Source of the DNA: Eledone cirrhosa
Lineage: Eukaryota
NCBI GenBank assembly: GCA_964016885.1
Contig: OZ024741.1
Coordinates: 133,858,001 to 133,922,000 of the forward strand
Length of the DNA stretch: 64,000 nucleotides
Direction: 5' to 3'
In this document: positions 55,991 to 64,000 of the stretch, piece after piece
How positions within the stretch are numbered: position 1 is the stretch's first letter
Layout of the letters: every line of letters starts with the position of its first letter
Position numbers and translations under genes: made by a program
The notes under the pieces: model-generated
Seen by the model: the letters and a program-made list of their open reading frames with translations, nothing else
Told to the model about the DNA's origin: nothing
Database searches by the model: none

Positions 55991-56203
55991 CATACATACA
56001 CACAACTGTACATACGCAAGGCCAACATATCTCCCATCGACTAACATACATTAGGTCATAAACCCAAATACCGCACGACTACTGCCCTTACACTAATAAA
56101 ACCTTCTTTGTCGAATTAGGTAGATATACACTTCACAGCCCGACAATGAAAATAGTTTATGTACACACACACAGAACCGAACGTATAACAAGTACCATTA
56201 GTC

Positions 56204-56631
56204 ATGGTGGTGGTGATGGTGATGGTGATGGTGATGGTGGTAAAGATGATGACGTCGAAAGTAGCGGCGATGGTGATGGTGATGGTGATGGTGATGGTGG
56301 TAAAGATGATGACGTCGAAAGTAGCGGCGATGGTGATGGTGATGGTGATCGTGGTAAAGATGATGACGTCGAAAGTAGCGGCGATGGTGATGGTGATGGT
56401 GATGGTGGTAAAGATGATGACGTCGAAAGTAGCGGCGATGGTGATGGTGATGGCGATGGTGATGATGATGGCGGTGATGATGACGATAGGGAAGACGATG
56501 ATGATAACAATGATGAAAATGTTGATGACGATGATGATGGCGATGATGATGATGATGATGATTACGATGGTGATGATGATAGTGATGGTGATGACGATGA
56601 CGATGACAATGATGAAAACGTTGATGATGGC

Positions 56632-56666
<35 letters not shown>

Positions 56667-56702
56667 CGATGTTGAAGACGATGGTGATGATGATGATGAT
56701 TG
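56204..56702. repeat. (GAT/GGT) low-complexity tract with four 54-60-bp minisatellite units
   Basis: GGTAAAGATGATGACGTCGAAAGTAGCGGC four times. Confidence 0.88.
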
Positions 56703-57199
56703 CGATAATTCTTTTTGAAATTTCCTTGTGGCTTATTTTCCCCATTTTGTTTTCTTAAAATTGGTCATTTTGTATTTTTAGATTTTATATTTTATTAGAA
56801 ATGACATCAACAATAAATTATTGAAATTAGGAAATCATGTGCTAACTTGTCCATAATATTACAGACGATTTCTCTTGGCTGGCATTTTTTTTTTTTTGCG
56901 CATAATTTTCCCTTTTTGTAATTTTAATTAATTCTATCGTTTCAGTTTTAGTAATGCTGTTATCCATATCATAATTATTGTTATCATTGTTAGGTATTTT
57001 CATTCATCATAATTATTGTTATTATTGTTAGATATTTTCATTTGTCAATTAATATTCCTTTGTTGTTCATCTCACTTCTATAGAATTTAGAAATCTTCAA
57101 ATGCATTTTCCTTTTCTTTTCTTGTTTGTTCTTTTACTTCAACAACAACAATAACAGTAACAACAACAACAACAACAACAACAACACTGCCACATATAT

Positions 57200-58250
57200 A
57201 AATATAAATTTTTTGTCAAACGGAATCACAATTGAAAAAAGAACAGGTTTGCCCATATTATTTCCTATAAAGTGTTTCTAGATATGGATAGGGCACAAGC
57301 TCAGAAAGAGAAACAACAAAACTGGGTCACCAAACATTACCCGAGGAATTTATTCAGGGAAGAGAAAGCTTACGTATCTTTGCTTCACTCAAAAAGTAAC
57401 AGGGATACCTTCAACGTAGAGCAATTGAGGAAAGCCTTGGGTGATGTAGATCAACATTTCATCCTTTGACGGAAGTAAGGCCAACAGATCTATTGGCCTC
57501 CTCTTCAAAATCGAGACCAAAAAGGGCAGACAGAAATATTTCACGAAACAGCTGTTCATAGCTCAATACATAGATCGGTGCTACCCAAAAGTAACTTTAA
57601 ACCATGGAGACTGACGGTGCAGGGAAGAAGACTCACTTGTTATATGTGTGGCAGCAAAATTTGGTTAAAATACGTATTGTCCTGTAGAACTGAAAAAAAA
57701 CAAACAAAACAAAAACGGTTACAGCTGCAAAATATAATGATTACCGTTACAACAATACCACCAGTCAAAACTCTGGAATTGGTGGAGAAGATCGTCTCAT
57801 CCTTGGACTCAGAAGCTGACCAAGAATCCGAATGATCCCCTCAACCGCACACAACCAGCCGTGATAGGAGGAAATGGAAGAAGAGAGTAGTGGACAACAG
57901 TAACAACAATAAACACCACTGATTGAGTGAATTCAAAGTATATCTCATATTTGATCCATGAGTCCGATTAGCAGGAATCCTCCTTTCCCACTACCAACAA
58001 CACTACTACATAATTGTGTTACAAAGGGTGGTGTGATAGAGATCAGAGAGGAAGGGAAAAGGCTAGAAAGAAACGTAGGGAGATAAACCAATCGATGAAA
58101 AATGTCCGATCTAAAGGCATGTAAAACGCAACTATATGACTACATCGAAGACGGCTTGAGATTCGCAATTCTCCAAAAATAGAATAAACTCCTCATAAAG
58201 AAAATAAAAGCTACATGGTGCAAAGAATATTGCGGAGTGAACCTAGTAAT
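57200..58250 (+). pseudogene. Possible decayed LINE ORF1 (zinc-knuckle) remnant
   Basis: VQGRRLTCYMCGSK resembles the first half of a gag-type knuckle; frames are broken. Confidence 0.3.
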
Positions 58251-59302
58251 GCAAGACCAACTAAGTGAACTGGAGTAACATGATATAAAGTGTTTTGCTC
58301 TAGGACACAACGCACCGCTGGGAATTGAATTCAGTAACTTACGACCGTGAGTTGAAACACTCTAACTACTAAACTCGCCTTCACAGAGAAGCCAATATTA
58401 CGTAATCATGCGCCTTTCCATTTTTTTAATAGATTAGATTATTATTGCATGCCATGTGACTGCCTCGAGGCTCATTCATTGAACTACTGATTCGTGTTGC
58501 TACTGTTGACGCCTTTCTTGTTTCGCTTCGGCTAACTGATTAAATGAACCTATGTTCCAGCTTGACCTGTCTCTATATTTTTGAAATTGTGTATTGAAGC
58601 CTATATTATACAATTTTAAAGATGGTTTTGTGTGATTTGGGATATTTGGCTGGTGTTTCTAACATAACAAATCTAATGACTCTGAAGATGTTACCTCAGT
58701 GGCTCGTTTATGTTATTATCGTTTAGCCCCAAGTCAGTCCTGAGTCAGCAGATTATCAGTAAACTCTATTGCCAATAGAGTTGATTCTTTCAATTGTCAA
58801 TGTCTGATATTTATATGTCCAGTTACCTATCGAAATTGAGAGAAAGTGAAAGAGGAAGAGAAAGACAAGGAAAGAAATAGAAATAGAATGGAAAGAGGGG
58901 GAGATAGTGCGTGTGTTAACTATTCAATGTGCTAAGGAGTAAGAATAAACAGAGAAGCGAGAGTGAGTATGTGGTTAGGATATATCGCATCTAAAAGATA
59001 TATGCACACGAATTAATTATATATCGCGGAGTTGTCTTCTTTTTTATTCTTTATATATGCGAATAACAGATTACTTCATATTTTCAGAAAATCCAGTTTC
59101 TCACAATGAAAACAATCGAAAATAGATTTTTTTTTTTTCAAATGAAAGCAAATCAGATTTGAACGCTCAATTACAAAATATATCGAATCTAGATTTACAG
59201 AAATGTTGCTTATCTCAAGTTAAAGTGCGGATTAAGGTATTTCCTGTAAGGTTATCTTGTCTTTTTTCAAAACATATTCTATCTAGGACTCCTTTATAGA
59301 AA

Positions 59303-59588
59303 ATACTAGCAGTGGTACCCGGCGTTGCACGGGATAAGGTATTTTGGAACGCGGGCTACCAACATACCTAATTGTGGAAAAACTGCATGTGTGGACAATA
59401 TGTAAAGAAAATAAACCGAATACTCTGATGGCTGGATAATCTTTAAGATTTTCCTCGATGAAGCAGGAAAAATGCGAGCCCTAGGAGATCAAAAAGTTAA
59501 ATTTTATGTGCATAACACTCCCTGAAACATAAGTAATACACATGTAAAGTTTGAAAAAAGTCGGTTGGGTACTTCTCGAGTTTTAGGG

Positions 59589-59664
<76 letters not shown>
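59303..59664 (+). mobile_element. Non-autonomous Helitron-like element
   Basis: Starts ATACTAGCAGTGGTACCCGGCGTTGCACGGG (subterminal hairpin); shares its body with 39220-39350; (CA)n. Confidence 0.55.
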
Positions 59665-59667
<3 letters not shown>

Positions 59668-60460
59668 AGGTGATTAATCTCATTTGCATATGAAGCTGCA
59701 TAAGTTGGCTCAACTTATAATAGGAAAGAAATAAGGTTTCGCTTTAGCATAGCTTTATACAATATGAATACAAATTTCGTATTTCTAAAGAAATACGGTT
59801 TTAGGAAGCCGTAGCTATGCAAACACCGGGGGGCTAACGCCCTCTGGTGGTGTCCAGCAGAAGCAAGGGGGACAACCGTCTATGCATTTCAAGCTTGGCT
59901 GGCCTCCGTCAGGACGGTCCCTCCCACCGCTTGCTACTGCTGGACTTGAAAACAGTCGAGAATATATAGTTTTCTCATCTGTGTAAATGAGGAAGACCAG
60001 CCAAGCCTGAAATGCATAGACGGTTGTCCCCCTTGCTTCTGCTGGACACCACCAGAGAGCATTAGCCCCCCCCCCCCCCCCCGGTGTTTGCATAGCTACA
60101 GCTTCCTAAAACCGTATTTCTTTAGAAATACGAAATTTGTATTCATATTGTATAAAGCTATGCTTAAAGCGAAACCTTATTTCTTTTCTATTATAAGTTG
60201 AGCCAACTTATGCAGCTTCATATGCAAATGAGCTTAATCACCTCATTTACACAGACGAGAAAACTATATATTCTCGACTGTTTTCAAGTCCAGCAGTAGC
60301 AAGCGGTGGGAGGGACCGTCCTGACGAAGGCCAGCCAAGCCTGAAATGCATAGACGATTGTCCCCCTTGCTTCTGCTGGACACGACCAGAGGGCGTTAGC
60401 ACCCGGTGTTTGCATAGCTACGGCTTCCTAAAACCGTATTTCTTTAGAAATACGAAATTT
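59665..60460. mobile_element. Retrozyme-like array: one inverted ~325-bp monomer plus 1.4 direct monomers (period 334)
   Basis: CCAGCCAAGCCTGAAATGCATAGACG at 59997 and 60331; 59665-59992 is a circularly permuted reverse complement; ends in (TA)n. Confidence 0.88.
60315..60358 (+). ncRNA. Type I hammerhead ribozyme with extended stem I (mirror 59875-59918 on -)
   Basis: CGTC-CTGACGA-A-GGC/GCC-T-GAA-ATGCAT-A-GACG; stem I extends via GGGA/TCCC, GCAAG/CTTGC and GTCCAGCAG/CTGCTGGAC. Confidence 0.85.
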
Positions 60461-60480
60461 ATATATATATATATATATAT

Positions 60481-60804
60481 ATACAAATGAATATATGATA
60501 GGGATAAACACTAATACAAGTATATAAGTGTTTGTATTGCATATGACCCAGTTAGCTAGATTGAAAAATACTAATTAAAATAATACAGTTTGCCTGTCTC
60601 GATTTAAAATAATAAATCAATAAAAACAAACCTATATTGGCAATAGCCGTGATACCTGGACAAATTAAAATTTCAAATCTTAAATTTGTTTCGCAACAAT
60701 TAAGTGAAATTTCCTATTCCTGTGCTCTTCTAACTTGGTCATTTGCAATACAAACACTTATATACTTGTATTAGTGTTTATCCCTGTCATATATTCATTT
60801 GTAT
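60481..60804. repeat. Inverted repeat with 75-bp arms and a ~175-bp spacer, (TA)n-flanked
   Basis: 60481-60555 versus 60730-60804 with few mismatches. Confidence 0.75.
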
Positions 60805-60869
60805 TACACGGCTCAGAAATATCCCTTTCTTTGAGCTATTTAATTGTAAAAGACTATTTGAGTTTATAA

Positions 60870-60932
<63 letters not shown>

Positions 60933-62100
60933 AAACGACAACAGAAGGCCGTACTGGAAGATATGCAGTAAATTTTAATTCCGTGAAACCACTATACATA
61001 TTTCAATGCCCCAGCTCCATTTTTATATATATATATATTTATATCTATCCTTATAGTGCAGACCAGGCGCCTTCTGTCGCGCCACCAACACAACCACCTT
61101 CCAAAAGGTGGAATGGCTGCTTATTTATCATGTCACCAGCACGGAGGACTAGGATTCTCGGTTCGTAAATCTGAAACCAATAGGTATAGGTGACAATGGC
61201 ATAGTGTATTCTGTTGTAGACAGTGAATGTGAAAAAGAAGTTTCTATAAAAAAAATATGCTTCTCTGATAATAAGAGTCACAAATATGCATTCCCTGGTA
61301 GAGTACATCTGGCATGGTCATTGTTTTCAATTTGAATCAACGTGTGTTCCCTGTAAATTGACAGTCCTGGTTTATCTTCTCTTTGCTGTGACGACACATG
61401 TCACTAAAAGTTGAGGATTACTACTATAGTCACTTGTGTCCAGCAAAGTGATGTACTAGCACGCTATACGGGACTTTCCATTCCAGGGAGTCTTACTAAC
61501 ATTACCTAATTTCTGCACATGGTGGTTCCATTCGATTCACTGCCGACAGATCGGGATCGTAGAAATTGGTACATCCGTCCAGGTGTCTCAAATTTCTGAC
61601 CCACACGAAGTCGTCTTCCTCGCTGATAAACGTATAAGTGTACACTCTAATCGGTTTGGATCGAACTTTAATAATACTGACTTAATTAAATTATTCTATT
61701 CGATAAACTTCGATCCAGAATTGTGTGTGCGTGTGTTTGTGTGTAATAAATCGAGGTGAGAATATTGAAATAGTACTGTGTTGAGTTGGAATGAGATGAA
61801 TTAAATGCAAAGAAACGAGTGATGATGGGGCGAAATACGAACAGACAGGATAATACAGAGACAAGCAAAAAAAAAAAAAACTGGGTAACATGAAGAAATC
61901 AAGGAAAATTCCGATTTTCAGCCAACTCCTCTAAACTCGCGATTTTTTGGTAGGCAAGATTAGTAATATCATATTGTTATAGGTGGCACTTGTTTGAACA
62001 CACCATGGTTTTACGTGAATTGGATATCCAGTTTTATAAATGTGTATTAATACCGATATCTGCCTGTTTTTGTCGTAATATGCAGAGTGTCTATATCAAG

Positions 62101-62290
62101 TAATAATTGTTTCTACTTTTGGCACAAGGTCAGCAATTACCCAGTACATTACTGGTACTTTATTTTATCGACCCCGTAAGGATGAAAGGCAAAGTTAACC
62201 TCGGCGGGATTTGAACTCAGACCGTAAAGGGACGTAACTATGCTGGAAAGCATGGCGTCCGACTCTCTACTGATACTGCCAATCCACCGC
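62101..62290 (-). mobile_element. tRNA-SINE, full length (further fragments at 62680-62770 on - and 63205-63300 on +)
   Basis: Reverse-complement head, B-box, core and tail. Confidence 0.85.
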
Positions 62291-62838
62291 AAGTAATAAT
62301 ATACATATATATTATCTATAAGGTGAGAGAGAAAGAGAGAGAGATTATAATAATTAAAGGTTAATATGTGATATTGTATTCTTGAACAGTTCGTGTAATT
62401 CATTTGACATCTGCTATGTTGAAGTGGTTGTCACACTGTAATTAGTTTGTACACAAATAGAACCTATCTTCTATAAATCATGTATCATGTTATCAAGTGA
62501 GTTAAGAGTTAATGTCTGGGATTTTCTTCGACAGTTCGATATGTATGGATATATTCAAGAAGAGCCTTTGGTTAAGGTGTAGAATTCACGTCTGAAATCT
62601 CAGTTTTCCATGTCTGAACACAGCCAATATCTTCTATAGAAAGACAGAGAGAAAAGAAACGAGAAAGAGATATAGAGGAAGAATCGACTCCAGTACTAAA
62701 CTGGTACTTTATTTGTAGACTTCGAAAGGATGAAAGTCAAAGTTGACCTCAGCGGGATTTGAACTCAGTGCGCAGAGAGCCAAAAAGAATAACGCAAATC
62801 ATTCTATTCAACGAATATATATATATATATAAAGATTT

Positions 62839-62908
<70 letters not shown>

Positions 62909-64000
62909 CAGTATATATACTGTATATATATACTCGTATATACAGTATATATCTAAAGATTTACACAGATATCTTCTGTGTATATATATATATATCTGTG
63001 TGTGCGTGTGCGTGTGTGTACCAGTCAAGTACCAGTCAAGTAATATTGGGTGGTCAATTTATTCGACTTCCCTCCACCACTCAAAAGAAACCTTTATTCA
63101 ATTGATATAAAATGCAAGTCATAACATAATCTGCGTGAAGTAGAACTGAAAAAAAAAAAACATTTATTTCATCATTGATGAACACGAGGTACGTTCCTTT
63201 ACGTTCTTAGTTCAAATCCCGCTGAGGTTAGCTTTGCCTTTCATCCTTACGGGGTCAATAAAATATAGTACCAGTAATGCACTGGGTTGATTTAATCGAA
63301 TCCCCCCCCCCCTGACACAGAAAAGAGCTGTACAAAAGAGCAGGGACAGCGGGATTTACATTAGGAAAAAAAGGAAAACGGGTAAAAATTAACAATAAAT
63401 TAATAATAGCAGAATTCCTAAATAAGGGCAAGGGGAGCATCACCCAGGGTTAATTTATGAACCCCTACTGATCTGAAACCACCCCAATCACCAAGAGTAC
63501 TGTAGGAAGGTGTGTGCCCCCCCCCCCCCCGAACTCTCCAGTCAACAGGCACAAGCTCAAAGATCGACCCCGTTGAACAACTGTATAAGGTCTGGGATTT
63601 TTTGTTTTTTGTTTTTTTTATGGTTTTATGGTTTCAAGCAGAAACTCCTTGTTTTACCTCGAGGATTAAGCCGGGTCCTCAAGGTACAGAACCCAAATAC
63701 CGTTATTGTCCTTATGTATGCTTAGTGGTAGAATGGTTGCAAACAAAACAACTGGTCGTTAGTTGAAGCGATAATATTATACAAATAATAGATTGGTGTG
63801 TAGAGTTTACTGCTCTCCCCTCCCCCAACACCACCTCATACTTTCACTATTTCATTATTTATTTCTCTTTTTTTTTTATTTTTATTGCAAACATTAAATA
63901 ATTCAATTAGTGTTTGTGAGCAGAAAATATCAGCGATTTGACAAATATCAACTTCATAAAGAAATACCAACAATACTAACAAACTAATAGGCTGCTTAGG

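Noticed and set aside
56245-56432. TGATGA-CGTC-GAAA in the minisatellite looks like a hammerhead core
   Set aside because: Position 3 is A and there is no stem I or III pairing; likely chance within GAT repeats.
56146-56718. Asp/Gly-rich 190-aa ORF resembling an acidic biomineral protein
   Set aside because: Open in several frames on both strands because it is a GAT/GGT repeat; no signal peptide or splice support. Not excluded without RNA data.

Overview
This is an AT-rich, microsatellite-saturated animal window. The SINE and repeat landscape resembles coleoid cephalopods such as Octopus; that taxon assignment is inference. No host protein-coding exon is evident, and most listed ORFs are translations of simple repeats. 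The window is almost entirely mobile DNA: many tRNA-derived SINE copies; restriction-like-endonuclease (R4/Dong-type) non-LTR retrotransposons stacked in (TACA)n tracts; RTE fragments; decayed Penelope-like elements (PLE; RT plus GIY-YIG); a hAT element with TIRs and an 8-bp TSD; a DD37D (maT) Tc1/mariner; and Helitron-like repeats. The strongest hidden signal is a dense set of type I hammerhead ribozyme (HHR) motifs, roughly 20 copies from about 12 sequence families. They lie in non-coding, mostly (TA)n-flanked inserts arranged as long fold-back palindromes or terminally redundant monomers of about 330 and 593 nt (a 616-nt monomer has the same layout but no recognised HHR). This looks like a PLE-driven, microsatellite-targeted retrozyme system, and two families carry the compensatory U3-A8 core. 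A second candidate is a structured, ORF-less ~610-nt element inserted in (TATG)n with an HDV-like fold at its 5' end.
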